Source: an uncultured Verrucomicrobiae bacterium
GTDB lineage: Bacteria; Verrucomicrobiota; Verrucomicrobiia; Limisphaerales; JAFGQR01
Assembly (NCBI GenBank): GCA_963788655.1
Contig: CAWBHS010000049.1
Coordinates: forward strand, 96,001-160,000
DNA length: 64,000 nt
Direction of reading: 5' to 3'
Positions 19,086 to 30,080 of the stretch are shown here, one piece after another. The position numbers were made by a program, and so were the translations under genes. The notes below the pieces were generated by a model that saw nothing but the letters and a program-made list of their open reading frames with translations, was not told where the DNA came from and did not search any database. Position 1 is the stretch's first letter. Every line of letters starts with the position of its first letter.

Positions 19086-21479
19086 ATGAACCGATTCTCT
19101 TTTGTCCGCGCTACGGTACTGGCTCTGGGCGCGTTAGGTTGGCTGGGCGTTTTGCTTGTCCAGACGACTTCCGCGGCGGAACAAATCTCCCTCCACGTCA
19201 GCCCGTTCGGCAACGACGCCAACCCGGGCAGCCCTGACCGGCCCTTCGCCACCCTGGCACGCGCGCAGCAAGCCACGCGTCAGGCAAACGGCGGCGTCGT
19301 GATCGTGCGCGCCGGCACCTACTACCTGCCGGAGACACTCGTGTTCACACCGGCAGACAACGGCACCGAATACCGCGCCGCCAAAGGTGAAACGGTCGTG
19401 ATCAGCGGCGGCCGGAAACTCGATCTAAAGTGGATGCCGTATCGTGACGGCATCTTGCAGGCAAAAACACCAGCCGGGCTCGCGATGGACCAATTGTTCG
19501 TCAATGGCCAGCGCCAGCCCATGGCGCGGTATCCGAATTACGATCCGAACGCCCGCCAGTTCAACGGCTCGGCCGCGGACGCCATCGCGCCGGAACGGGT
19601 GGCGCGTTGGAGCAATCCCGCCGGCGGTTACATCCACGCGATGCACGCCGCGCTCTGGGGCGATATGCACTGGCGCATTCTGGGCAAGAAATCCGACGGC
19701 TCGCTCGATTACGAGGGCGGCTGGCAGAACAACCGCCCCAGCCCAATGCACAAGCGGTTTCGCTTCGTCGAGAACATTCGTGAGGAACTCGACGCGCCGG
19801 GCGAATGGTTCCACGATGCGCCGAATGCCACCCTTTATTTCTTCCCGCCCACCGGAGTGGATTTACCCGCGGCCACCGTCGAGGTCGTGCGGCTCCGGCG
19901 CTTGGTCGAGTTCCAGGGCACGAAGGAGCATCCCGTGAAGGGCATCACGCTGCGCGGGCTGACGTTCCGCCACGCGGCGCGGACGTTCATGGACAACCGC
20001 GAACCGCTCTTGCGCTCCGACTGGACGGTCTATCGCGGTGGCGCGGTGGTCTTGAATGGCGCGGAAAACGTGGCAATCGAAGACTGCGATTTCGACCAAC
20101 TCGGCGGCAACGCGATCTTTGTCAACAATTACAACCGGCGTGGCACCGTGCGCGAGTGTCTGATTCGCGAGAGCGGCGCGAACGGTATTGCGTTCGTCGG
20201 CGATCCGAAGGCGGTGCGGAGTGCGCTGTTCAACTACGGCGCGCCGTTCGACTACGCGAAGCTCGACCGCACGCCCGGCCCGAACGGCGACAATTTTCCC
20301 GCCGACTGTTTGGTGGAGGATTGCTTGATCACGCGCAGCGGGCGGTTCGAGAAACAGACTGCGCCGGTTCAAATCTCGATGTCGCAGAACATCACCGTGC
20401 GGCACTGCTCGATCTACGACGTGCCGCGCGCCGGCATCAATATTGGCGACGGCTGCTGGGGCGGGCACATCATTGAGGATTGCGACATCTTTGACACGGT
20501 TTTGGAAACCGGCGACCACGGCAGCTTCAACTCGTGGGGCCGCGACCGCTATTGGCATCCCGACGTGCGTCGGGTGGACCGGCAGGCCGCGGCGGACCCG
20601 GCGCTGCCGTTTCTCGACATGGTCAAGCCGACGATCCTGCGCCACAATCGCTGGCGCTGCGATCACGGTTGGGACATTGACCTCGATGACGGTTCGAGCC
20701 GTTACATTATATGCGACAACCTGTTGCTGCACGGCGGCCTGAAAATGCGCGAAGGTTACGGCCGCGTCGCGACCAACAACGTCATCATCAATAACAGCCT
20801 GCACCCGCACGTGTGGTTCGAGAACAGCGGCGACGTATTCGCGCGCAACATTGTGATGGGACCGTATCGCCCCGCTCGCATGGACATCGCCAAATGGGGC
20901 AAGGAAGTGGACCACAATTTGTTCGCGACCTCTGAAGCCGACCGCCAGAAATTCGCCGGCAAAGGTTGCGACGCGAATTCGCTCGTGGGCGATCCGTTAT
21001 TTGTGGATGCAGCGAACGGCGATTGCCGCGTGAAAGACAACTCTCCGGCACGGAAGCTTGGCTTCGTAAATTTCCCAATGGACCAATTCGGCGTCCGCTC
21101 GCCGCGGTTACGGCTCATCGCCCGAACCCCAGAAATACCGAACGTGAAAATCGTCGCTGGCGAAGCCACCACATCTGCCACGGTCGAGACGAAGTGGCAA
21201 GGCGCGACGCTGCGCGCCTTGTTGCCCTACGAGTTCTCCGCCCTCGGCGTGGCAGCGGATGCGGGCGGAATCTTTGTTGCGGAAGTCCCGGCGAATTCGG
21301 CGGCGTTTGCCGCAGGTCTGCGCCAGGGCGACTTCATCCAGCGAGTGAACGGACGCGCAGTGCGCGATGTGCCGGAGTTTCTCCAGGCAATGCGCGGCGT
21401 CGCCGCAGGCCAGGCGCTCAAGTTGGCGCTCATCCGCAACCAGCAAGCTCTGTCGCTCGAGGCCTTGCTCAAACCCTGA
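19086..21479 (+). CDS. Secreted right-handed beta-helix protein with C-terminal PDZ domain (putative glycosidase/lyase)
   Basis: VSPFGNDANPGS..PFATL..GTYYL; ENIREELDAPGEWF; GWDIDLDDGSS; AGLRQGDFIQRVNG. Confidence 0.8.
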   Translation: MNRFSFVRATVLALGALGWLGVLLVQTTSAAEQISLHVSPFGNDANPGSPDRPFATLARAQQATRQANGGVVIVRAGTYYLPETLVFTPADNGTEYRAAKGETVVISGGRKLDLKWMPYRDGILQAKTPAGLAMDQLFVNGQRQPMARYPNYDPNARQFNGSAADAIAPERVARWSNPAGGYIHAMHAALWGDMHWRILGKKSDGSLDYEGGWQNNRPSPMHKRFRFVENIREELDAPGEWFHDAPNATLYFFPPTGVDLPAATVEVVRLRRLVEFQGTKEHPVKGITLRGLTFRHAARTFMDNREPLLRSDWTVYRGGAVVLNGAENVAIEDCDFDQLGGNAIFVNNYNRRGTVRECLIRESGANGIAFVGDPKAVRSALFNYGAPFDYAKLDRTPGPNGDNFPADCLVEDCLITRSGRFEKQTAPVQISMSQNITVRHCSIYDVPRAGINIGDGCWGGHIIEDCDIFDTVLETGDHGSFNSWGRDRYWHPDVRRVDRQAAADPALPFLDMVKPTILRHNRWRCDHGWDIDLDDGSSRYIICDNLLLHGGLKMREGYGRVATNNVIINNSLHPHVWFENSGDVFARNIVMGPYRPARMDIAKWGKEVDHNLFATSEADRQKFAGKGCDANSLVGDPLFVDAANGDCRVKDNSPARKLGFVNFPMDQFGVRSPRLRLIARTPEIPNVKIVAGEATTSATVETKWQGATLRALLPYEFSALGVAADAGGIFVAEVPANSAAFAAGLRQGDFIQRVNGRAVRDVPEFLQAMRGVAAGQALKLALIRNQQALSLEALLKP

Positions 21480-21795
21480 TTGAGACGCGTCACCTCACCA
21501 CCCTTCTCCAGCCAGAAGAATTTCCGTCTCGCATGTCAGCGCCGGTGGTGCCAGCTTGGGCCCATGCAGAATTTTTCAAAGAAATCAAATAAGCCTGGGC
21601 TCAAGTCGGGAGCTCCGGAAAACCGCCAGGCTCGCTCCCAGCAATTATCGGATCAACGCCGCCGCGACTCGGCCACCCGGTCCACCTTGTCCCGGCTGCG
21701 CAATCGGAAATCACCCTTGAAATGACCGTTGCTTCCGGAAGGTCGCGGAATCATCCCACCATGGGCTTCCGGTGGATTACTGAACCAACCGCATC

Positions 21796-22794
21796 GTGAG
21801 CGACCTCGCCACCAGCCCCCTCCTGGATTGGGTTTTGCGTCAGCATCCCGAAACCTCGAAGAGCCAGGCCAAGAAATGGATTTTGTCGGGTCGGGTGAGC
21901 GTGAATGGCATCGTCCTCCGCAAGCCCCAGGAACGCCTTGCTGATCCGGGCGACACGTTGAAACTGCACGACCGCCATGTCGCCAATCTGGCGTGCGGAT
22001 CCGGGTGGCAGATCCAGACCCACGTGATGTTGCTTTACCTGGATGCGGCCTTCGCGATCGTCAACAAGGCGGCCGGCCTCATGTCGGTATCGACGCCGAA
22101 TTGCCCGTTTTCCGCCTTCAGCATCCTGGCCGACTTTCTTCTGGGCAAACTCAGGCCGCACGACCACCGCGGGGCTGACCGGTCTTTACCGCCCGCCTAT
22201 CGCCGGCTGGAACCCTGGCCGGTTCATCGGCTTGATCAAAACACCAGTGGCCTCTTTTGCATCGCCACCAACCCCGTCGCGCGCCAGCACCTCATCGAGC
22301 AATTGAAGACACACACCATGCGGCGAGAATATGTGGCCTTTGTGGATGGACGCGCGCCGGCGCCACAAGGCACCTGGCAGCATTGGCTGCAATTGAGCCA
22401 CAACCGAATGCGCCAACACGTCGTGTCTGCAAAGCAGGCTGGAAGCCTGGCGGAAGAAGCGATTACGCACTACGAGGTAATCACCGAGTATCCGCTGGCC
22501 AACGACCAAGGTTGCGTTACTCAACTGCGGCTTCGGCTTGAAACCGGTCGCAAGCACCAAATTCGGGTCCAAGCCGCCCACGTGGGACTTCCGTTGATCG
22601 GCGACTCGACGTACCATCCGGCCTATCGCGCTCAGGACAGCCGGATGCCGATTGATTTCGCGCGTCAAGCCTTGCACGCCGAGGTGCTCAGCCTCGAACA
22701 CCCCGACCAGCCTGGCACGCGAATGACCTGGACCGCCGAATGGCCCAAAGACCTTCGCCAACTGGAGCGCGTCTTGCGTTCCGCCCGGCGGTAG
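21796..22794 (+). CDS. RluA-family pseudouridine synthase with S4 domain
   Basis: VNKAAGL, VHRLDQNTSG, LETGRKHQIRV, QALHA. Confidence 0.93.
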   Translation: MSDLATSPLLDWVLRQHPETSKSQAKKWILSGRVSVNGIVLRKPQERLADPGDTLKLHDRHVANLACGSGWQIQTHVMLLYLDAAFAIVNKAAGLMSVSTPNCPFSAFSILADFLLGKLRPHDHRGADRSLPPAYRRLEPWPVHRLDQNTSGLFCIATNPVARQHLIEQLKTHTMRREYVAFVDGRAPAPQGTWQHWLQLSHNRMRQHVVSAKQAGSLAEEAITHYEVITEYPLANDQGCVTQLRLRLETGRKHQIRVQAAHVGLPLIGDSTYHPAYRAQDSRMPIDFARQALHAEVLSLEHPDQPGTRMTWTAEWPKDLRQLERVLRSARR

Positions 22795-22827
22795 AAACAG
22801 GCAAGCGTTTTCGTGGAAAGACCAGTC

Positions 22828-24717
22828 ATGAAGATCAAACCACATCAAGTATTGGCCACCTCCTGGAGAGCAGTGGTCGCCGGGCTGGCCACCGCAGCAA
22901 CCATCGCTTTGGCCCAAAGCAGCAAGGAACAGATCGTCGATCTGAGCCGGGTGCCGCAACTCCATGAAACCGCCGAACAGCACGATGTCCGGATGCAGTG
23001 GTTTCGGGACGCCAAGTTCGGCATGTTCATTCATTGGGGGCCATGCACCGTCGGGGACCGCGAGATTGGCTGGGGACGCCATGCGAACCGTCCCTGGGAC
23101 ATCAACGGCGTTCAGACCCCGCGCACGACCGACCCGGACTACGACAATTACTTCAAACGCTTCAACCCGGTGAACTATGACGCCGACGCCTGGGTGCGAC
23201 TCGCGCAGGAAGCCGGCATGAAGTACATGGTGCTCATCGCGAAGCACCACGACGGGTTCGCGCAATTCGACTCGAAGCTCACCGAGCACGACATCATGGC
23301 CTCACCCTACGGACGCGACATTGTGAAACAGTTCGTGGATGCCGGTCATCAGCACGGCATGAAGATCGGCCTCTACTACTCGACACGCGACTGGTTCCAC
23401 CCCGATTACCTCGTCGGCGACAACGCGAAATACGATGCCTTCTATCGCGGGCAGGTCGAGGAGTTGCTCAGCCACTACGGTAAAATCGACGTAATGTGGT
23501 TCGACCACGTCGGCGGGCGCGACTGGGGCAAATGGCGCTTCGACAAACTGTTTGCCATGCTGTATCGGCTTCAGCCTGGCGTCCTTGTGAACAACCGCGC
23601 CGCGCGTTTCTGCGGGCCGGCGTCGCCGGAAGATTGCGGCCCGGTCACACCGGAGATTCGCCGGATGACCGACGGCGACTTCGACACGCCCGAGCAGCAG
23701 ATCGGGGCGATGAACCTGAAGCGCGATTGGGAATCGTGCATGATCCTCTCGCCCACGCCCCAGGGCGACGGTTGGTCCTATCGCAGCACCGGCAAGACGC
23801 GCCCGCTGGACGAGTGCATCCGCATGTTGGCGAGCATCGCATCCGGTGGCGGGAACTTGCTGCTGAACTTCGGCCCGGACCAGTTCGGCGAATTCCGTCC
23901 GGAAGAAATCGCCATCGCGAAAGGCATGGGCGCCTGGCTGAAGCAATACGGCCCAGCCATCTACGGTACGCGCGGCGGCCCGTTCACCAATGGCAAATGG
24001 GGCGGCAGTACGCATCGCGGGAACACGGTTTATCTCCATGTCTTCGACTGGCCCGCTGACAAACTCCGGCTCGTCTCCCTGCCGCAGAAGATTACGAAAG
24101 CCCGCGTGCTGCCCGGCGGCGACGAAGTGGCCTTCACCCAAACCGCGCGTGGCCTGGACGTGACCGTACCCGAGGCTCAGCGCGACAACCCGGTCACAGT
24201 CATCGAACTCACGCTCGACCAACCTGTGCCGCGTGGCCAGCAAGTCGGCTCGGTGCGCTCGCGCTTTGAGGACGAGGTGACTTACGGGCGCATGGTGAGC
24301 GAAAACGCCACGTTCACGATGAGTTCGCCCAGCGTCCACGATCTGGCTGCCGATCACGCAAAACTCTTTCGCGGTGAAAAGTCGAATCGTGGTTTTGCCT
24401 TCCACACCGGCGACGAAATGAATCCCTGGGTGCAGATTGATCTCGGCCAAGTCGTCAAGGTCACTGGGCTCGTCATCGAGAATCGCCCCGGCGAGCGGCG
24501 CACCGATGGACTCACGCTTTCGGTGTCCGAGGACGGACAGCAATGGACAAAAGTCTGGGCCGCGCCGAAGTGGCAGCAGATCTGGGAAGTGTCCGTGACG
24601 ACGACTTCAGCCGGTGCCGCAGTGCCAGGACGCGCCGCCCGTTATCTCAAGTTGGAAACCAAACCCACCAAGCCCGCGCCGATGCTACTTCAGCGCGTGG
24701 AGGTTTACGGAAAGTAA
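22828..24717 (+). CDS. Alpha-L-fucosidase (GH29) with C-terminal discoidin domain
   Basis: WFRDAKFGMFIHWG, GMKYMVLIAKHHDGF, MWFD, VNNR, GNLLLNFGP. Confidence 0.92.
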   Translation: MKIKPHQVLATSWRAVVAGLATAATIALAQSSKEQIVDLSRVPQLHETAEQHDVRMQWFRDAKFGMFIHWGPCTVGDREIGWGRHANRPWDINGVQTPRTTDPDYDNYFKRFNPVNYDADAWVRLAQEAGMKYMVLIAKHHDGFAQFDSKLTEHDIMASPYGRDIVKQFVDAGHQHGMKIGLYYSTRDWFHPDYLVGDNAKYDAFYRGQVEELLSHYGKIDVMWFDHVGGRDWGKWRFDKLFAMLYRLQPGVLVNNRAARFCGPASPEDCGPVTPEIRRMTDGDFDTPEQQIGAMNLKRDWESCMILSPTPQGDGWSYRSTGKTRPLDECIRMLASIASGGGNLLLNFGPDQFGEFRPEEIAIAKGMGAWLKQYGPAIYGTRGGPFTNGKWGGSTHRGNTVYLHVFDWPADKLRLVSLPQKITKARVLPGGDEVAFTQTARGLDVTVPEAQRDNPVTVIELTLDQPVPRGQQVGSVRSRFEDEVTYGRMVSENATFTMSSPSVHDLAADHAKLFRGEKSNRGFAFHTGDEMNPWVQIDLGQVVKVTGLVIENRPGERRTDGLTLSVSEDGQQWTKVWAAPKWQQIWEVSVTTTSAGAAVPGRAARYLKLETKPTKPAPMLLQRVEVYGK

Positions 24718-24718
24718 A

Positions 24719-27337
24719 ATGGTTCTGCTACCGAACCTCCATCACCGTGTGTCTCAAGTAGCCTCCGTGTTCCAGCAACGATCTCTGCCCTTAAAACTGG
24801 TCCCGGTCCTACTGATTCCCTGGCTGGTCTGCTTGGCAATGGCGGCGGAACCTGGGGCTCAACTCGAAAATTTTGAAGGCGGCTACCAGCCGGCGCAATG
24901 GACGTTTTCCAACGGCGCCGAGTTTCCGGGCGCCAAAGGGAGTTTCGCGCGAGTAACCGAGGCGGCCCATGAGGGGCAGTTCGGAGGGAAGTTGAATTTC
25001 GATTTCACCGACGGAGGAAATTACGTCGGTGCCAGCGTACGGATGCCGGAGCGCGGCCCAGGCGCATCGGGCGAATGGAACGGGCTGCGTCTTTGGCTGA
25101 AGCGGCCGGAGGGAAATGAGGTCGTCTTTCGTTATACCGACGCGGCCGGGCAGACGTTCCAGAAGCCGGTCGAGTGCCCCGCCGACCGCTGGGTGCGCGT
25201 CACGATCCCGTTCAGCGGATGGACGGTGCATTGGGGTGGGGCGAACGACGGCACGGTGCGCGGAAAGCCGCGGATCCTGTCCTTGAACATTGACCATGGC
25301 CTGCAGGCCACCGGGGCGTTGCTCTTTGACGACCTGTGGCTGGTGGACGCGCCGGAAATCGTCGCGCACGTGTCCTATCCGGCGTATCGCTTCGGACCCG
25401 GGGAGGGTTGGCACCTGCGCGCGGACGGCGACGGTGGCGCCACGCGGTTGGAGGGCCGGATGTGGACCGCCGATTTCTCGCGCGGCGCCCGATGGCTTTC
25501 CCTGGGAGTGCCCGACCAGGTGTTATTGGGCAATGTGGATAAGATCCGGCTGCGTGTGCGAGGCAATGCCAAGGGACACCCGGTCCGCCTGGTGATGCGC
25601 ACCCATTTCATGACCTTTCAAAAAACCATCGGAGAATTTTCCGGCGACGGCGAGCAGGAGTTGGTGACCGATGGGCCGCCGGGTCCGGGCTGGGAATGGC
25701 ACGGGGGCGAGAACGACGGCAAGATTCACGGTCCGTTGCGACTGAGTCAAATTGGGCTGGCAGCCGGGAGCAGCACCACACCGTGCATGCTGGAAATGCG
25801 CGAGCTGATTGTGGATGCATCCTGTCCGGAGGCGAAGCGAGCTGTGCTGCTAGCGGAAAGCCGTGGGGCAGGGGATGACTCCGGTTTTGCCGTGCAGGCG
25901 CGCGCCTTGAGCGATGAACCCCTCGCGGGCGAAGTTCAGTGGGTCTTGCGCGACTGGGACAGCAACGAAGTTGGACGAGGAAAGCGGGGGATCACTGTGC
26001 CGGCCAAGACTGCCCCGGTGGAATTCAAACTGCCTATCCAAGAGGCCGCCAGAGCGAAGCGAAACTTCCTGGAAGCCGAGTTTAACCTGGATATCCCTGG
26101 TCAGGAAGTGACTCCCGTGCGGGCGGCGTGGGTGGCGGCGCCGAACGAGATGCGGGATGCGACGCTGGAGCCGGAATCTCCTTTTGGGATGGGCGTGTAT
26201 CTCAACCGGTATGGCGGGGATGCCGCCGGATTGGCGCTGATGGAGCGAGCGGCGCAAATGGCGCGCGACGCGGGCGTCAAATGGTCGCGCGAAGATTTCT
26301 CCTGGGGTCGCATCGAGCGGCGGCGTGGCCAGTTTGACTGGACCTACTACGACAACCTGGTGGCTTGCGCCCGGCGCAATGGCATCACCGTTTATGCCAT
26401 CGTCGGTTATTGGACCGGTTGGACCAAGCCCTACACCCGGGAGGGCATCGCAGATTACGTCCGGTTTCTCCGGGTAATGGTTCAGCGCTACCAACGGGAG
26501 ATCAAGCAGTGGGAGATTTGGAATGAGCCGAACATTTTCTTCTGGGATGGGCCGAAGGATCTGTATGCCGAACTGTTGACCCGGAGCTATGCGGCCATCA
26601 AAGAAACCGATCCGGAAGCCCAGGTGCTGGGGATTTCGACGGCCGGCATCGACCATAAGTTCATCAGCCGGATGCTCGAACAGAAGGCTCCCTTCGACAT
26701 CCTGACCATCCATCCTTATCGCGCTCACTTGAACGATCTGGCCTTTATCAACGACCTGAAAAAGGTGTCCGACCTGGTGAAACTGCCGGACGGGAAGCGG
26801 CGGCCGGTCTGGCTCACGGAGATGGGCTGGCCGACCTACACCCCGCACAACACCTTGCGACAGGACTTCGCTCCCACCACCCTGCGCGCCCAGGCCGAAC
26901 TGATCGCCCGGAGCTACTTGTGCGCGATCGTCTCCGGGGTCGAGCCGCGGACCTTCTGGTACAACTTCCGAAACGACGGCAACGACCCGATCTACTTCGA
27001 GCACCAGATGGGTATTGTCTATAACGACTTCCGGCCGAAGCCAGCCTACCTCGCCTACGCGACGCTAACGCGCGTGCTCCGAGGCAAGCGGGCCGTCGAG
27101 CCCTTGTCCGCGCATCCCGGCGTGCTCGCCTTCAAGTTTAGCGATACCGCAGGAGGATCAGTTGAAACCATCGCCGTGTGGAGTCCACAGGCCGACGCGC
27201 GGGTGGAGATTCCTACTGCGGCGCAGCGGGTCACCCGCGTCAATGGCATGGGCGAGTCGACCGAACTCCAAGTCCCGGCCGGCAAAGTGCGCCTTGAGTT
27301 AAAGCGGGGCGCGCCGGTGTATTTGCTGTGTCCGTAA
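24719..27337 (+). CDS. Clan GH-A glycoside hydrolase (GH39/GH5-like) with N-terminal CBM-like domain
   Basis: WEIWNEPN acid/base motif, VWLTEMGW nucleophile motif, IHPY. Confidence 0.8.
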   Translation: MVLLPNLHHRVSQVASVFQQRSLPLKLVPVLLIPWLVCLAMAAEPGAQLENFEGGYQPAQWTFSNGAEFPGAKGSFARVTEAAHEGQFGGKLNFDFTDGGNYVGASVRMPERGPGASGEWNGLRLWLKRPEGNEVVFRYTDAAGQTFQKPVECPADRWVRVTIPFSGWTVHWGGANDGTVRGKPRILSLNIDHGLQATGALLFDDLWLVDAPEIVAHVSYPAYRFGPGEGWHLRADGDGGATRLEGRMWTADFSRGARWLSLGVPDQVLLGNVDKIRLRVRGNAKGHPVRLVMRTHFMTFQKTIGEFSGDGEQELVTDGPPGPGWEWHGGENDGKIHGPLRLSQIGLAAGSSTTPCMLEMRELIVDASCPEAKRAVLLAESRGAGDDSGFAVQARALSDEPLAGEVQWVLRDWDSNEVGRGKRGITVPAKTAPVEFKLPIQEAARAKRNFLEAEFNLDIPGQEVTPVRAAWVAAPNEMRDATLEPESPFGMGVYLNRYGGDAAGLALMERAAQMARDAGVKWSREDFSWGRIERRRGQFDWTYYDNLVACARRNGITVYAIVGYWTGWTKPYTREGIADYVRFLRVMVQRYQREIKQWEIWNEPNIFFWDGPKDLYAELLTRSYAAIKETDPEAQVLGISTAGIDHKFISRMLEQKAPFDILTIHPYRAHLNDLAFINDLKKVSDLVKLPDGKRRPVWLTEMGWPTYTPHNTLRQDFAPTTLRAQAELIARSYLCAIVSGVEPRTFWYNFRNDGNDPIYFEHQMGIVYNDFRPKPAYLAYATLTRVLRGKRAVEPLSAHPGVLAFKFSDTAGGSVETIAVWSPQADARVEIPTAAQRVTRVNGMGESTELQVPAGKVRLELKRGAPVYLLCP

Positions 27338-27498
27338 TTTTGTGATACGGCGCACGATTCCTGACTCGTGGCGATGCAGACCACACCGTGGGGCGAAGCT
27401 CCGGCTGGAAACGGGTCAGAAACGGCTATTGGAAAATCGGCATGTGGCGCGGTTCCTGAGACGCGATTTCTCTCTGCGTGCAGCACAAAGCAGGACAC

Positions 27499-29274
27499 TT
27501 ATGCCGGCGGTCGGTTCAACTGATCAATCAGCCAGTCCAGTTGTTGGTGTGCCGTGGCAATCACGTTGCGGTAAGCGGCAAATGAGGTTTTCTTACCCGT
27601 GTATTCGTCTTGCAGTTTCGGGTCCACTTCGCCGCCTACGATGAGGATTTGGAGGCTCATTCCAAGTCTGCCAGTTAGCGTATCAGCGTATTTTTTGGCT
27701 TGTGACTCAGCGTCGCGCCCCACGCTGTCGGAAGGTCGCTTGAATTCAATCAACAGATGCTGTTTGAGTATGTTGCCGGCGAGGAACAGGTCGGGGCGGT
27801 CCTTGGCATCCGGGCCGTTGTAGTGTTGCTGGGTGTAGTCGCGGATAATGCTCTGCAATTGCTCGTTGCTGGCCATCAAAGTGTATTCGGGGCCGAAAAC
27901 CCAGAGGTTGTGCTGGAGGGCGCGGTGCATCTGTTGCTCGGAAGTCTTGTCATCGCCCGCAAGCCGGTAGAGGTAATCCAGGAATTCGATCCGCCGTTTG
28001 GCCTGTTGAGCAATGAAGGCCAGGTCACACAGTCCAAACTTCTCCAGCGCGTCGGCGAAATGGAACACGTCCACCTTCTCAGCTTCCTGGATTTCGCGGC
28101 ATACAGTCCAGTATTCGTCGAGTTCCATCGCATCAAGAACGAGGCTAACCAAGACGGTGATGCGTTCCTCTTTCTCACCCTCCTGATAGGAGCGCGAGAT
28201 GAGTTTGTTCAGGCGTTCCTCGATGATGCCGCGGCGGTGCTCTGGGACATTTTCCAGGCGCCGGTTCATCATCTGTACCCACCGGGCTTTGGCGAGGTTC
28301 ACTTCGTTGGTGTGCGTTTGCTCAAGGCTTTGCCGGACATCCGCCTGGATTGCGTTGACCAGATGCTCGAAGGATTTGTCGCTTTCAATCACATCGCCTC
28401 CGGCAGCGGTCAATTCCAGGCTATCTGGTGGAAGATTGATTTCGCCCACGATCCGGCGTTTGGAACGGTCGGAGAGCATTTCGTCGTGTTCGAGTCCAAA
28501 CAGGTGAGGGCGTCCGATGGATTTGCCGCCGACACGCAGGATGATGCCGGCCTTGCGGCCGGGCACGGGCTTCTCGGCAATGGTGTACGTAGCCACGGCG
28601 GTCTGGCCGTTCGGGAGCGGGATTTCCTTGGTAAAGGTTTCCCCTTGAATGTCGTGCCGGAAGACGCGTTCCCTGTTGACGAAGATCACGAAGTCTGTTT
28701 CCCGCCCATAATCGTAAGCCAGGATTTCACGAAGTTTGTCCACCTTGGGGAAGTTCAGGCTTTGATTCAGGTTGCGCAGGGTGACGATGGTGCCGTGTTC
28801 CTTGGCCGGGCAGGGTTGCACGTCCACGGGGAGCGGGACTTGTTCAAGGTCTTTGGCTGCGCTGAGGATGGCGCTCTTGGAGATGGTGAGTCGGGTGCCG
28901 GTGCCTTTCGCTTTGGTCTCGACTTCCATCGTTTCCGCGAGGATCAGGCCAGCGAACTTGCCTATTCCGCGCCTACCTTTGACGACGCGCTGGAGGTTGT
29001 GCGTGCGCTCGCCTTTTCGGCTGAAGCGGGGACTGGCGATGTTCAGGTATTCGGTGCGGAGTTCCTTTTCCTTCATCCCGCTGCCATTGTCGGTCACGAT
29101 GATGGGCGCATCGGAGAGGATGTCGGGCAAAGTCACTTGAACTTCGGTGGCTTCGGCGTCCCAGGCATTGTCAATGAGTTCGCGCAGGGCGCGCTCACTG
29201 GATGAGTAGCTTTCGCCCAGGATGGCTGTTAGGCGCGGATCAACGCGGAAGGAGGCGGTTTGGGTTATGGGCAT
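27499..29274 (-). CDS. GHKL (HATPase_c_3/MORC-like) ATPase fused to a PD-(D/E)XK nuclease domain
   Basis: ALRELIDNAWDA, DNGSGM, GRRGIGKFA, HGT; C-terminal RPDLF..LIEFKRP..QAKKY. Confidence 0.85.
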   Translation of the reverse strand: MPITQTASFRVDPRLTAILGESYSSSERALRELIDNAWDAEATEVQVTLPDILSDAPIIVTDNGSGMKEKELRTEYLNIASPRFSRKGERTHNLQRVVKGRRGIGKFAGLILAETMEVETKAKGTGTRLTISKSAILSAAKDLEQVPLPVDVQPCPAKEHGTIVTLRNLNQSLNFPKVDKLREILAYDYGRETDFVIFVNRERVFRHDIQGETFTKEIPLPNGQTAVATYTIAEKPVPGRKAGIILRVGGKSIGRPHLFGLEHDEMLSDRSKRRIVGEINLPPDSLELTAAGGDVIESDKSFEHLVNAIQADVRQSLEQTHTNEVNLAKARWVQMMNRRLENVPEHRRGIIEERLNKLISRSYQEGEKEERITVLVSLVLDAMELDEYWTVCREIQEAEKVDVFHFADALEKFGLCDLAFIAQQAKRRIEFLDYLYRLAGDDKTSEQQMHRALQHNLWVFGPEYTLMASNEQLQSIIRDYTQQHYNGPDAKDRPDLFLAGNILKQHLLIEFKRPSDSVGRDAESQAKKYADTLTGRLGMSLQILIVGGEVDPKLQDEYTGKKTSFAAYRNVIATAHQQLDWLIDQLNRPPA

Positions 29275-29504
29275 TGGGGGCTGCGGGTCGTTTGGCCAAA
29301 CTCTCCAAGCAAATCCTGATTGACGGTTTTCACGCAGCAGAGCGTAGCAGTCTGGCATTGGTTTTGGGAAGCACACATTCATCAGCCAGGCGCACCCTGA
29401 CCTTGGGAACCGGGCCGTGGCCACATTGGCAGGGATCCTCAATGACGTGGGAGCGGATGGAGCAAGCGCCTTTACTCTCTGCTCAGCTCCACCAACCCAT
29501 TCGA

Positions 29505-29617
29505 AGCCACCTTGGACGGAAATCCCCGGCCAAACCGCTGTGCCCGGCACCTGCAGAATAGATGCATTAACCGACACCAACAACGCCCCAACGAAATTCT
29601 ACCGCGTTGGGGTCGCC
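29505..29617 (+). repeat. Orphan secreted-protein C-terminal domain fragment, copy A
   Basis: WTEIPGQTAVPGTCRIDALTDTNNAPTKFYRVGV. Confidence 0.75.
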
Positions 29618-29699
29618 CCAGTTTCCCTATCTGCCGCTAGAAGTGCCGCCTGCCCGGATAATGATGCAACACAGGCGGGCATCCCGTACGCAATCGAGA

Positions 29700-30077
29700 T
29701 CAAATGGAGCGCAGCTCAAGTTGGTCTTCCGAGTTCATGTTCAAGACTCGAATCGTCGTCCGGCCAACGGCCGTTTTGCCATGCAGATGGATGCCCCGCC
29801 ATTCGAAATGCTCGTCCCAGTGTTCACGCCTCGGATGAAATAAGTTGGTGACCTGATTTGTTTCAGGATCAATGCCGGTCAGATTCGGACCTTTGTGGAG
29901 ATTGCAGTCAATGCAGGCCAGGGCCAGGTTTTCCAAGTCCTCGGAACCCCCGTGAACCTTGCGCAAGATATGTTCGACATGGAGAGTGGCAAGCGGCGAA
30001 TCCGCTTGCTGAAGCTGACAATACTCGCATCGATTTCCGGCTCATTCCCGAACGCCGGCTCTGGTCCTGGCGTCCAC
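29700..30077 (-). CDS. HNH endonuclease (putative toxin), frameshift near 29966
   Basis: VRERAGNRCEYC..HVEHI..HGG..NLALACIDCNLHKG..LFHPR. Confidence 0.85.
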
Positions 30078-30080
30078 GGC

